Shown: positions 29,255 through 38,280 of the stretch, piece after piece
Numbering within the stretch: position 1 is the stretch's first letter
Layout of the letters: the number at the start of each line of letters is the position of its first letter
Origin: Deltaproteobacteria bacterium
GTDB taxonomy: Bacteria > Desulfobacterota > Binatia > UBA1149 > CAYXZP01
Assembly (NCBI GenBank): GCA_046583395.1
Contig: JAYGCK010000004.1
Span: 337-64,336, forward strand
Direction of reading: 5' to 3'
DNA: 64,000 bases
Program-made: the position numbers and the translations under genes
The notes under the pieces: generated by a model
Seen by the model: only the letters and a program-made list of their open reading frames with translations
What the model was told of the DNA's origin: nothing
Databases searched by the model: none

Positions 29255-30274
29255 GTGGCCCGTGTCGGAGTAGTTAGCGATGCTCGCTTTCGCGCGCACC
29301 AGCCCGGGCCGGGACATCCCGAACGCCCCGAACGTCTCGAGGTCATAGAGAAAGTACTGGCGCGTGAACCATTTGTGGCCCTGCCACGCATTAGCCCTCG
29401 TGCCGCCAGCCAGGAAGAACTGGGGCGGGTGCACAGCGCCGCGCACATAGGGGCGGTGGCGGCCAGCCAGGGACGTCCGCATACCCGTTACGATGTTGAC
29501 ACCGCGGCCTCGGCCGATACCTTCGAGGTCGCACTGCTCGCGGCCGGCTCGTCGGTGGCCCTGGCCGAGGCTGTGCTGGCCGGCGACATCGAGCGCGGTT
29601 TCGCCGCGCTCAGACCGCCCGGCCATCACGCCGAGCAGGACCGGCCGATGGGTTTCTGTTTCTTCAACAACGTTGCCGTAGTGGCGCGTCATCTCGTGGC
29701 CGCCCATGGGCTCGGCCGCGTTCTCGTCATCGATTGGGACGTGCACCACGGCAACGGTACCCAGCACAGCTTCTATGACGATGAGTCGGTAATGTACGCC
29801 TCCTTACACCAGTACCCCTTTTATCCGGGGACCGGGGCGGCCGGCGAGACCGGCAACGGCCGGGCCGCCGGAGGCACGGTCAACCTGCCGATGCCGGCCG
29901 GCGCCGGGGACGATGACTACTACGCCGCATGGCGCGAGGTTCTTTTGCCGGTGGCGCGCGCCTTCGACCCCGACTTCGTGCTGGTTTCGGCCGGCTTTGA
30001 TGCCCACCGCGACGACCCGCTGGCGATGGTTGAGCTCAGTACGGAGGCCTTCGGGCGCATGACCGACGCTGTTTCGGGCCTGGCCGAGGAGTGCGCCGGT
30101 GGCCGCCTACTGCTTCTGCTTGAGGGGGGCTACAGCCTGGAGGCTCTCGAGTCCTCGGTCACGACGGTGCTCGAACGTTTGGCCGCTCCGGGCACAGCCG
30201 GCCTCGGTTCGGGCGAGCTTGGCCCCTGGGGCGAGGAGGCCCGTAGTTCGCTGGCGTCCTTTTGGTCGCTTTGA
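29255..30274 (+). CDS. Histone deacetylase-family (acetoin utilisation AcuC-like) Zn-dependent deacetylase
   Basis: [11 protein letters not shown] ... FCFFNNVA ... [12 protein letters not shown] ... EGGY. Confidence 0.85.
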   Translation: MARVGVVSDARFRAHQPGPGHPERPERLEVIEKVLAREPFVALPRISPRAASQEELGRVHSAAHIGAVAASQGRPHTRYDVDTAASADTFEVALLAAGSSVALAEAVLAGDIERGFAALRPPGHHAEQDRPMGFCFFNNVAVVARHLVAAHGLGRVLVIDWDVHHGNGTQHSFYDDESVMYASLHQYPFYPGTGAAGETGNGRAAGGTVNLPMPAGAGDDDYYAAWREVLLPVARAFDPDFVLVSAGFDAHRDDPLAMVELSTEAFGRMTDAVSGLAEECAGGRLLLLLEGGYSLEALESSVTTVLERLAAPGTAGLGSGELGPWGEEARSSLASFWSL

Positions 30275-32502
30275 GGTTCGTCGGACGGGTCTGACAGGCG
30301 CGCCGGTTCGGTGCCTTCCTTGAAGCACTCCAGATAGGGGTTGTCGCTCTCGAGCGAGGCCCGTTGTCCGGTCTCGCGGTCGACGTTGACGCACACGATG
30401 CCATCGGGCATCGCAAAGTCGGAGATCTCGTGTTCTGCGGTGGCGCCCCGCATGAACTCCAACCACACCGGCGCGGCCATACGGCCGCCTGTGCCGCTAG
30501 GCCCGAGCGTTCTTTCGTCGTCGTAACCGACCCACACGCCGGTGACGAGTTCGGGCGTAAAGCCGATGAACCAGGCGTCGCGCTGGTCGTTGGTGGTCCC
30601 GGTCTTGCCGGCGACCGGTCTGCCGAGCCCGCGCACGACCCGGCCGGTGCCCGATTGGACCACGCCTTCGAGCATGCTCGTAATGAGGTAGGCGGTCTGT
30701 TCGGACATAACGCGCTCGCGCGTGGGTTCAATCTTGGCCACCAGGCGGCCCGAGGCGTCCTCTATCCTGCTTATAAGCAGCGGCTGGACCCTCTCGCCGG
30801 CGTCGGCGAACACCGCATAGGCCGAGGTCAGTTCGAGCAGGCTGGTCTCAGAGGTGCCGAGTCCGACCGAGAGGTTACGGCCGATGGGGCGCTGGAAGCC
30901 GAAGCGCGACACATAGTCGACGACGGCAGAGGTGCCGAGGTCCTGCACCACACGGACGGTGACGACGTTGCGCGACTTCTCGAGCGCGCGTCTGAGTGTG
31001 GTCGGGCCGTAGTAGCGGCGGCTGTAGTTCTGCGGGCGCCACACGCTGTCGTGGTCCACCCATTGTATTGGCGCATCCAACACGACGCTGGCCGGCGTGT
31101 AGCCGTGGTCGAGGGCGGCGGCGTAGACCAGCGGCTTGAAGGCCGAGCCGGGTTGGCGCGCGGCCCGGGTGGCACGGTCGAACTCGGTTGCGGAGAAGTC
31201 GTGGCCACCGACGAGCGCACGCACGGCCCCCGAACCGGGTTCGAGTGCGACCAGTGCCGCCTCACTATGGCGGCTTTGGGTCAGTGTGAGCCCGCCCCGG
31301 TCATCTGCCGCGACCTCTATGACATCGCCCGGCACCAGCCGCCGGTCGGTACGTTCGATGTCGGGGTGCCAGGTGATGTCGGCGATAGTGACCGTGGCGC
31401 TGTGGGGGCCGATGAGCACATCGGCACGTCCGTCGGCGGCCGCGACCACCACGGCGCGGTAAATCTCGTGGGGCCGGAGTGTGTCGGGGCCGTCCGGTTC
31501 GGCGGCCAGCCTTGTGGCCAGGGCTTCCGGTGTCATTCGGTCGATGGGGCCGAGGTAGCCTAGCTGCGCATCGACCGCAGCCGCGCCACGTCGTACTGCG
31601 GCCTCGGCCAGGCTCTGAAGCCCCATGTCCATCGAGGTGTAGACACGGAAGCCGCCGTAGTAGAGGGCCTGTTTGCCGAAGTTGTCCTCGAGGTAGCGGC
31701 GAACGTATTCGGTGTAGTAATTGCCCACCCGTTTGCGCGTGGCGGTGCGCGGCCTGACCTCGACCACCGTGTTTAGCGCCGAGGCGTAGTCCGTCTCCGT
31801 GATGAGCCCCTCCTCACGCATCCGGGCCAGTACGTAGCGTTGCCGCATTGTCGCGCCTTCGGGGTTGCGGGTGGGCGAGTAACGGCTCGGGGCCTGGGGC
31901 AGGCCGGCTAGTAATGCAGCTTCGGGAAGCGTCAGGGCCGATGGTTCCTTTCCGAAGTAAGAACGGGCCGCCGCACCAATGCCGTAGTTGCCGTCACCGA
32001 GATAGATCTGGTTGAGGTAGAGGTAGAGTATCTCGTCCTTGGACAGCGCCCGCTCGAGTTTTATCGCGAGCAACACCTCGCGGATCTTTCTGCGGTAGCT
32101 GCGTTCGGGCGACAGAAGCAGTGCCTTGACGACCTGCTGGGTAATCGTGCTTCCACCCTGGACGATGCCGCCGGCGCGCATGTTGACCACCATCGCACGC
32201 ATGATGCTGGTCAGGTCGATGCCGTGGTGGGAGTAAAACTCGGAGTCCTCGCCCGCGACGAAGGCTTGGCGGACGATCGCGGGGATATCGTGTATCGGCG
32301 TCAGGTAGCGGCGTTCGAAGAAGAAAGCGCCGACCAGTCCGTCGTCCTTGTCATAGACACGGGTGGCCACCGGCGGCTCGTAGCGCGCCAGCTCCTCAAC
32401 CGACGGCAGCTCGGCCCAGTACTGATTGTAGGCGGTCGATGCGAGCCGGCCGCCGGCGACGGCCAGACAGAGCGTGACCACTATCCACGCCACTCGTTTC
32501 AT
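30130..32502 (-). CDS. mrcA: Penicillin-binding protein 1A (bifunctional glycosyltransferase/transpeptidase)
   Basis: Glycosyltransferase motifs: EDSEFYSHHGID, GGSTITQQ, RKIRE. Transpeptidase motifs: SAFKP, SRN, KTGT. The start is at MKRVAWIVVTL (32502). It has a low-complexity Ser/Pro tail. Confidence 0.9.
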   Translation of the reverse strand: MKRVAWIVVTLCLAVAGGRLASTAYNQYWAELPSVEELARYEPPVATRVYDKDDGLVGAFFFERRYLTPIHDIPAIVRQAFVAGEDSEFYSHHGIDLTSIMRAMVVNMRAGGIVQGGSTITQQVVKALLLSPERSYRRKIREVLLAIKLERALSKDEILYLYLNQIYLGDGNYGIGAAARSYFGKEPSALTLPEAALLAGLPQAPSRYSPTRNPEGATMRQRYVLARMREEGLITETDYASALNTVVEVRPRTATRKRVGNYYTEYVRRYLEDNFGKQALYYGGFRVYTSMDMGLQSLAEAAVRRGAAAVDAQLGYLGPIDRMTPEALATRLAAEPDGPDTLRPHEIYRAVVVAAADGRADVLIGPHSATVTIADITWHPDIERTDRRLVPGDVIEVAADDRGGLTLTQSRHSEAALVALEPGSGAVRALVGGHDFSATEFDRATRAARQPGSAFKPLVYAAALDHGYTPASVVLDAPIQWVDHDSVWRPQNYSRRYYGPTTLRRALEKSRNVVTVRVVQDLGTSAVVDYVSRFGFQRPIGRNLSVGLGTSETSLLELTSAYAVFADAGERVQPLLISRIEDASGRLVAKIEPTRERVMSEQTAYLITSMLEGVVQSGTGRVVRGLGRPVAGKTGTTNDQRDAWFIGFTPELVTGVWVGYDDERTLGPSGTGGRMAAPVWLEFMRGATAEHEISDFAMPDGIVCVNVDRETGQRASLESDNPYLECFKEGTEPARLSDPSDEPQSDQKDASELRASSPQGPSSPEPRPAVPGAAKRSSTVVTEDSRASRL

Positions 32503-32599
32503 TCGAAGGTCCCAGGTTACGCTAACGACCGGCAGGGGGGTGGTCAACAGGCACCGCGGCTGGCTGGATGCCGGATGCCGGCCTGTGTAACGTGCCTGC

Positions 32600-33409
32600 G
32601 TGGATGAACGGGAGGCGATCACCCGGGCCGCCCGATTGCTGGAGGCCGCCCGCCGTGTCGTGGTACTGACGGGAGCCGGCATCTCGACCGAATCGGGCAT
32701 ACCTGACTTCCGGTCCCCTGGCGGGCTGTGGTCGAAGTACAACCCGGCCAAGCTCACCTACGACCTGTTCTGCACCAGCGAGGAGACCCGGCGTGCCTAC
32801 TGGCAGATCGCAAGCGAGTCCTACCCCGTGCTTCGCGACGCCAGGCCCAACGCTGCCCACCAGGCGGTGGTCCGCATAGAGCAGGCCGGCAAGCTCAGCC
32901 GGCTGGTCACCCAGAACGTAGACGGCCTTCACCTCAAGGCCGGCAACTCAGCTCAGGCCACCATCGAGATTCACGGTTCGGCGCTTTCGGCCTACTGCAT
33001 AGAATGTGGCGCCGAGCACGACCGCCAGGAGGTCCACGACCGGGTCCAGGGCGGCCAGGCGGTGCCGCTGTGTACGGCCTGTGGCGGGCCGCTCAAGCCG
33101 GCCACCATCTCCTTTGGCCAGGCAATGCCAGAGCGTGAGACTCGCGAGGCCTTCGAGGCGGCCGGGACCTGCGACCTGATGATAGTCATCGGTTCTTCGC
33201 TGGTCGTATATCCGGCCGCCACCTTGCCAGACGAGGCCGTGCGCGCGGGCGCCGAACTTGTAATCGTCAATCGTGAGGCTACCGATAAGGACCCGCTGGC
33301 CAGCGCGGTGGTCCGTGGTGCGGCCGGTGAATCGATGTCGCTGATAACTCGACAGGCCGGTCTGGAAGCCGGCGGCCCGGCCGGTCCTGAGGCCGGGGAG
33401 GCCGTCTGA
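32600..33409 (+). CDS. cobB: NAD-dependent protein deacylase (sirtuin, CobB/Sir2 family)
   Basis: GAGISTESGIPDFR ... QNVDGLH ... CxxC-x-CxxC zinc site. Confidence 0.85.
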   Translation: MDEREAITRAARLLEAARRVVVLTGAGISTESGIPDFRSPGGLWSKYNPAKLTYDLFCTSEETRRAYWQIASESYPVLRDARPNAAHQAVVRIEQAGKLSRLVTQNVDGLHLKAGNSAQATIEIHGSALSAYCIECGAEHDRQEVHDRVQGGQAVPLCTACGGPLKPATISFGQAMPERETREAFEAAGTCDLMIVIGSSLVVYPAATLPDEAVRAGAELVIVNREATDKDPLASAVVRGAAGESMSLITRQAGLEAGGPAGPEAGEAV

Positions 33410-33434
33410 ACGGCTCTGGGGTAGACTAGGTACG

Positions 33435-34595
33435 ATGGAAGTTCCGTTCCTGTCGCTGGCCTCCGATTGGGAGGCCGTGCGTGACGACGGCCAGGCCCGC
33501 ATCGCACGCGTCCTCGATTCGCAGGTCTTCGTGCTCGGACCTGAGACGGTCGAGCTCGAGTCGGCCCTGTCCGAGCTTGCCGGTACCGGGGAGGCCGTGG
33601 CCTGTTCCTCGGGTACCGATGCTCTGTTCCTGGCCCTGCTCGGTCTCGGCGTCGGGCCCGGTGATGCCGTGCTCTTGCCCGCCTTGAGCTTCTTTGCCAC
33701 CGCCGGTGCGGTGGTGCGTGCCGGTGCGCGTCCGGTCTTCGTTGATATCGACCCTGCGACCTTCAACAGCGGGGCACGCGAGTTCGCCCGGGTCATCGAG
33801 GCCGAGTTCGAGGAGGCCGGCGAGGGTCTACGTCTTAAATCCGGCGGCGCACGTCTTGCCGCCCTCATGCCGGTCCATTTGTACGGGCGGGCTGCAGAAC
33901 TGGCCGAAATAACCGAGCTGGCTGAAACGGCGGGTGCGGTCGTCGTTGAGGATGCCGCCCAGGCCATAGGTGCCAGGTCGGGCACAAGGAGCGTGGGGTC
34001 GGTGGGACAGGCCGGGTGCTTTTCCTTCTATCCGACCAAGAACATCGGCGGGGCAGGTGACGGCGGGGCTGTCGTGACCGACAGCGGCGCATTGGCCAAG
34101 AAGCTTCGGGCCCTCCGGGTCCACGGGTCGAGCGGCGAGGCGCGCCATGAGCTGCCCGGTATCAACGCTCGCATGGGCGAGCTGCAGGCGGCGGTCATAA
34201 ACGCCAAGCTTGGGCACTTGGCCGAGTGGACCGAGGCACGGCGCCGCATTGCCTGCCGCTACGACGAACTTCTGGCCGGCGCGGCGCCACGGATAACCCT
34301 TCCGGCCGCGGCCGGCCAGGGCGAGCACGTTTATCATCAGTACACGGTACGGGTGGCCGGTGACCGTGACTCCGTAGTGGGGACCATGGAGGGACAGGGC
34401 ATCGCAACCGCAGTGTTCTACCCTTTGGCCCTGCACCAGCAGCCCGCTCTCGGCTGCGGTCATGTCCCGGCCGCCGGCCTGGAAGAGGCCGAACGTGCCG
34501 CCGGTGAGGTCCTGTGTCTGCCCATATACCCAGCGCTTGGCGACGAAGAGCTTGTCCGGGTCTCCGACAGTCTAATCGACGCCGTGGGCGCCTGA
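33435..34595 (+). CDS. DegT/DnrJ/EryC1/StrS-family PLP-dependent (sugar) aminotransferase
   Basis: SSGTDAL ... typical DegT-family layout. The catalytic Lys region reads YPTKNIGG. Confidence 0.8.
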   Translation: MEVPFLSLASDWEAVRDDGQARIARVLDSQVFVLGPETVELESALSELAGTGEAVACSSGTDALFLALLGLGVGPGDAVLLPALSFFATAGAVVRAGARPVFVDIDPATFNSGAREFARVIEAEFEEAGEGLRLKSGGARLAALMPVHLYGRAAELAEITELAETAGAVVVEDAAQAIGARSGTRSVGSVGQAGCFSFYPTKNIGGAGDGGAVVTDSGALAKKLRALRVHGSSGEARHELPGINARMGELQAAVINAKLGHLAEWTEARRRIACRYDELLAGAAPRITLPAAAGQGEHVYHQYTVRVAGDRDSVVGTMEGQGIATAVFYPLALHQQPALGCGHVPAAGLEEAERAAGEVLCLPIYPALGDEELVRVSDSLIDAVGA

Positions 34596-34599
34596 CACT

Positions 34600-35406
34600 G
34601 TGCTCGGCAGCAGAAAGCTCGGAGTGCCGGTCGTGGTGGCCGTGGGCGGTTCCGACCCTAGTGCGGGCGCCGGCATACAGGCCGACCTGCGCAGTCTCGA
34701 GGCCTGCGGTGTGCTGCCGGCTACCGTGGTCACCGCTATAACCGTGCAGGCCGGCCGTGGGCTCAAGCGAATGCGTCCGGTCGAACCTCGATTGGTGGTC
34801 GAGCAGTTGCGCGAGCTTCGGCGCGCGATGGCCCCGGCCGCCGTAAAGACCGGCGCCCTTCCGACCGCAGCCTGCGTGACCGGGCTTGTCCGCGAGCTTG
34901 CCGCCTGGCGGGTTCCCATCGTTGTCGACCCGGTGACCGAAGCCAGTGGCGGCGGCCGGCTTGCTTCCCGAAACGCTTTCCGTGCCATGTCGCGGGAACT
35001 GTTTCCCTTGGCCAGTCTGCTTACCGTCAACCTGGCCGAGGCCTCCGCGTTGCTCGACCGGCCGGTGACAGGATTGGCCGACATGAAAGAGGCCGCGGGT
35101 GAGCTGGCCCGCTTCGGTTCGGATGCCGTGTTGGTCAAGGGCGGCCACCTCAAAGGCCAACCCGCCGACGTCCTCTGGGACGGGGAAGCGCTCGTCGTCT
35201 ATCGCGGCGCGCGCATCCGGGGACCCGACATGCACGGCAGCGGTTGTGCTCTGGCCTCGGCCGTGGCCGCCGGGCTGGCCCGTGGAATGACGCTTAGACG
35301 CGCCGTGGCAATGGCGCGCCGGCACCTACGTGGGCTGCTTGGTCGGGCTCTTCCCCTTGACGCTCGCCGCTCTCTCCGGGGGCCGGCTGCTTCCAGGGGG
35401 CATTGA
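34600..35406 (+). CDS. thiD: Hydroxymethylpyrimidine/phosphomethylpyrimidine kinase (ThiD/PdxK family)
   Basis: VVVAVGGSDPSAGAGIQADL ... VVDPV ... VKGGHL ... DMHGSGCALASA. Confidence 0.75.
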   Translation: MLGSRKLGVPVVVAVGGSDPSAGAGIQADLRSLEACGVLPATVVTAITVQAGRGLKRMRPVEPRLVVEQLRELRRAMAPAAVKTGALPTAACVTGLVRELAAWRVPIVVDPVTEASGGGRLASRNAFRAMSRELFPLASLLTVNLAEASALLDRPVTGLADMKEAAGELARFGSDAVLVKGGHLKGQPADVLWDGEALVVYRGARIRGPDMHGSGCALASAVAAGLARGMTLRRAVAMARRHLRGLLGRALPLDARRSLRGPAASRGH

Positions 35407-35462
35407 GCCGGCCGCCCGGCCTGGGCTATCATCTCGCGCCGCCCGTCCCTTAGGCCCGTCCG

Positions 35463-37898
35463 TTGGGCCCTGAGAGCTGCGGCCAGGAGGAGGCAGCCAT
35501 TTCCGACAGCAGCCAGAGCAAGGGACCGGCGACGGTTGAGACCCTCGAACTGCTCGAGGCCGTCAGCGAGCTGGTCGGCCGTACCGGCGACTATCAGGAG
35601 GCCCTGGAGGGCACCGTCCGGCTGCTGGCCCACCGTCTCGATTGCGAGGTCTGCTCTTTGTACAGCTACGACCCCTCGAGCGAGACCCTGACCCTGGCGG
35701 CCACCGAGGGGCTGCCGACCCGCAGCATCGGGCGTGTAATCCTGGGCAAGGGTGAGGGCCTGGTCGGACTGGTCGTAGAAGAGGGTGCTCCGGTAAGCGT
35801 CGAGGACGCGCTGTCCCACGAGCGTTTCAAGTTCTTTCCCGAGCTGGGCGAGGAGAAGTACCGTGCCTTCCTCGGCTCTCCGGTCGGAGAGGGCCAGGGG
35901 ATCGTCGGCGTACTGGTCTTGCAGGCCCGCCGCCGCCGCCGTTTCGGTCAAAACGAGTTGTCCCTGCTGCGTTCGGTCGCCAACCAGTTGCGTCCCGTGA
36001 TGGTGGGCGTCCAGTTGGCCGAACGCCTCCTCAAAGAGGAGAAGGAACGCGAGGTCTACCGCCGCGGGATGGCCCGCGCGATACGCCGCCTCGAACAGCA
36101 CGAGGCCCGTTCGCGCCGCCGCGCGTCGTCCGACGGGCTGACGCACCACGGGGCCGAGCGCATGACCGGCAACCCCGTATCCCCCGGAATCGGGATCGGG
36201 CGGGTGGTGGTCGTAGAGGCCCCGGCCGACCTCGATCATGTCGGCGTCCACCGTGGCCAACCCGAGGTCGAAGCCGAGCGTTTCGAGAAGGCCTTGGCAG
36301 ACAGCCGCAAGGAGGTCGAGCGTGCCCGTGCCCACATGCGCGAACTGGTGCCCGAGGTCGGTGGTGCGATTTACGAGGCGCTCGGGATGGTCCTCGACGA
36401 TCCCAGTTTCGGCGAGCGCGTCCGTTCTCGTATCGGACACGGAATGGCGGCCGAGTCGGCCCTCAAGGGCGTTGTCGAGGAATACGTCGAGCGCTTCAAG
36501 GCCATGGACGACGCCTACCTGCGCGAACGCGGTTCCGATGTCCGTGACGTCGGCCAGCGCATTCTCCGCTACCTGAGCGGGGCCGAGGCCGTGCCGGCCG
36601 ACATCGGCGAGGACGCCATACTGGTGGCCGATGAACTGACCCTTTCCGACCTTTCCATGGTCGATGCCTCAAAGCTCAGGGGCATCGTGGGGGCACGCGG
36701 CGGGGCCACTTCACATGCGGCTATTCTCGCGAAATCATTGGAGATTCCCACCGTCGTCGGTGTTCCGGGAGTGGACCGGGCCACGGCCGAGGGCGAGCCC
36801 ATCATCGTCGATGGTAACTCCGGCACCGTCTATCTGCGTCCCGGCGAAGAGGTCACGGCCGAGTACAAGCGGCTCGAGAGCCAGTTCAAGGCATTTCAGA
36901 AGGGCTTGGAAAAGCTACGTGACGAACCGGCCGAGACCACCGACGGTCACCGTGTTTCGCTCTATGCCAATATCGGGCTGTTGGCCGACCTCGATTTTGC
37001 CGACGCCCATGGGGCCGAAGGCATCGGACTGTACCGCACCGAGCTGCCCTTTCTTTCCTATCGTGACTTTCCGAGCGAGGACGAGCAGGTCCGTCTCTAC
37101 AAGCGCGTGGTGGAGCGCATGAAGGGTAGGCCGGTCACCATCCGGACCCTCGACCTTGGTGCCGACAAGTATCCGTCGTATCTCGACGGTGAGAAGGAGC
37201 GGAACCCCTTCCTCGGGTGGCGTTCTATACGAATCTCCCTTTCCGACGAGAACATGTTCCAGGAACAGCTGCGCGCCATCCTCAAGGCTGCGACCGATTG
37301 TCCGCTGCGAATCCTGTTCCCGATGATCAGCGGGGTCGAGGAACTGCGGCGCACCCGCGAGATTTATTCCGAGTGTGTCTTTGATCTGTCGTCCGAGGGC
37401 GTGGTCGTGCGCGACGATATCGAACTCGGCGCCATGATAGAGGTCCCCTCGGCGGTGCTACGGGCGCCGCAGATAATGCGCGAGGTCGACTTCGTTTCTA
37501 TCGGCACCAACGACCTTATCCAGTACACGTTGGCCGTGGACCGTGACAATCGCCGGGTTGCCCCTATGTACGAACCCCTGCACCCGGCCGTTCTCCAGTC
37601 GATACGGACAGTGGTCGAGGCTGCGCACGATGCCGGTCGCAGGGTAGGAATGTGCGGCGAGATGGCGGCCGACCCACGGTGCACGCTGTTCCTGTTGGGT
37701 ATCGGGCTGGACGAGCTGAGCATGGGGCCGCTCCACATCCCCGTGGTCAAGCAGCTGATACGCTCGGTGAGCGCCGGCGAGGCCCGTACGATAGCCGAAC
37801 AGATGCTTCGTTACGACACCGTCGAGGAGGTCAAAGGCTATAGCTTCGCCCGGCTCCGGGAGCTCGGGCTGGTCGAAGTAGCGGAATCTTTGGCCTGA
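35463..37898 (+). CDS. ptsP: Phosphoenolpyruvate-protein phosphotransferase PtsP (GAF-EI, nitrogen-PTS type)
   Basis: N-terminal GAF domain. GGATSHAAILAKSLEIPTVVG is the phospho-His region. C-terminal PEP-utilising TIM barrel. Confidence 0.85.
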   Translation: MGPESCGQEEAAISDSSQSKGPATVETLELLEAVSELVGRTGDYQEALEGTVRLLAHRLDCEVCSLYSYDPSSETLTLAATEGLPTRSIGRVILGKGEGLVGLVVEEGAPVSVEDALSHERFKFFPELGEEKYRAFLGSPVGEGQGIVGVLVLQARRRRRFGQNELSLLRSVANQLRPVMVGVQLAERLLKEEKEREVYRRGMARAIRRLEQHEARSRRRASSDGLTHHGAERMTGNPVSPGIGIGRVVVVEAPADLDHVGVHRGQPEVEAERFEKALADSRKEVERARAHMRELVPEVGGAIYEALGMVLDDPSFGERVRSRIGHGMAAESALKGVVEEYVERFKAMDDAYLRERGSDVRDVGQRILRYLSGAEAVPADIGEDAILVADELTLSDLSMVDASKLRGIVGARGGATSHAAILAKSLEIPTVVGVPGVDRATAEGEPIIVDGNSGTVYLRPGEEVTAEYKRLESQFKAFQKGLEKLRDEPAETTDGHRVSLYANIGLLADLDFADAHGAEGIGLYRTELPFLSYRDFPSEDEQVRLYKRVVERMKGRPVTIRTLDLGADKYPSYLDGEKERNPFLGWRSIRISLSDENMFQEQLRAILKAATDCPLRILFPMISGVEELRRTREIYSECVFDLSSEGVVVRDDIELGAMIEVPSAVLRAPQIMREVDFVSIGTNDLIQYTLAVDRDNRRVAPMYEPLHPAVLQSIRTVVEAAHDAGRRVGMCGEMAADPRCTLFLLGIGLDELSMGPLHIPVVKQLIRSVSAGEARTIAEQMLRYDTVEEVKGYSFARLRELGLVEVAESLA

Positions 37899-37937
37899 AC
37901 CGGGCCCGGGCCCGAAAGGGGCCCGAAGGTGCTAGAC

Positions 37938-37967
37938 TTGACAGCCGGACACAGGCCCGGCTAAGCA
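37938..37967 (+). promoter_or_regulatory. Candidate promoter of the HU gene (TTGACA, 18 nt spacer, TAAGCA)
   Basis: TTGACA at 37938-37943. GAGGGGGAGAAAAATG is a strong Shine-Dalgarno at the gene start. Confidence 0.25.
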
Positions 37968-38001
37968 TGGGCCTATTCTTGATTGTCCGAGGGGGAGAAA
38001 A

Positions 38002-38280
38002 ATGACTAAGACCCAGCTCGTTGAGAAGCTCGCCGATGCGGCCGACCTCAACAAACAGCAGGCCGCCGGAGTGCTTGAGGCGTTGGTGGCTATCATCGTC
38101 GATTCCGTGAAGGGGGGTGACCCGGTGAAGATTGCCGGTCTCGGCACCTTCAAGAAACGACATACCAAGGCACGTCAGGGCCGGAACCCGCAGACAGGGG
38201 AGACCATTCAAATCCCCGCCCGCACCAAGGCTGCTTTTACGGTAGCCAAGTCGTTCAAGGACACGGTTCTCGGCAGCTAG
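38002..38280 (+). CDS. HU/IHF-family DNA-binding protein
   Basis: MTKTQLVEKLA ... GFGTFKKRHTKARQGRNPQTGETIQIPA. Confidence 0.9.
   Translation: MTKTQLVEKLADAADLNKQQAAGVLEALVAIIVDSVKGGDPVKIAGLGTFKKRHTKARQGRNPQTGETIQIPARTKAAFTVAKSFKDTVLGS

Noticed and set aside
34195-35325. 376-aa minus-strand ORF opposite the DegT and ThiD genes
   Set aside because: Arg/Gly-rich with no recognisable domain. It overlaps two motif-supported plus-strand genes.
37903-37925. GGGCCCGAAAGGGGCCC hairpin after the ptsP stop, as a terminator
   Set aside because: It is a stable stem but has no U-tract. It is kept only as a low-confidence note and is not listed as a feature.
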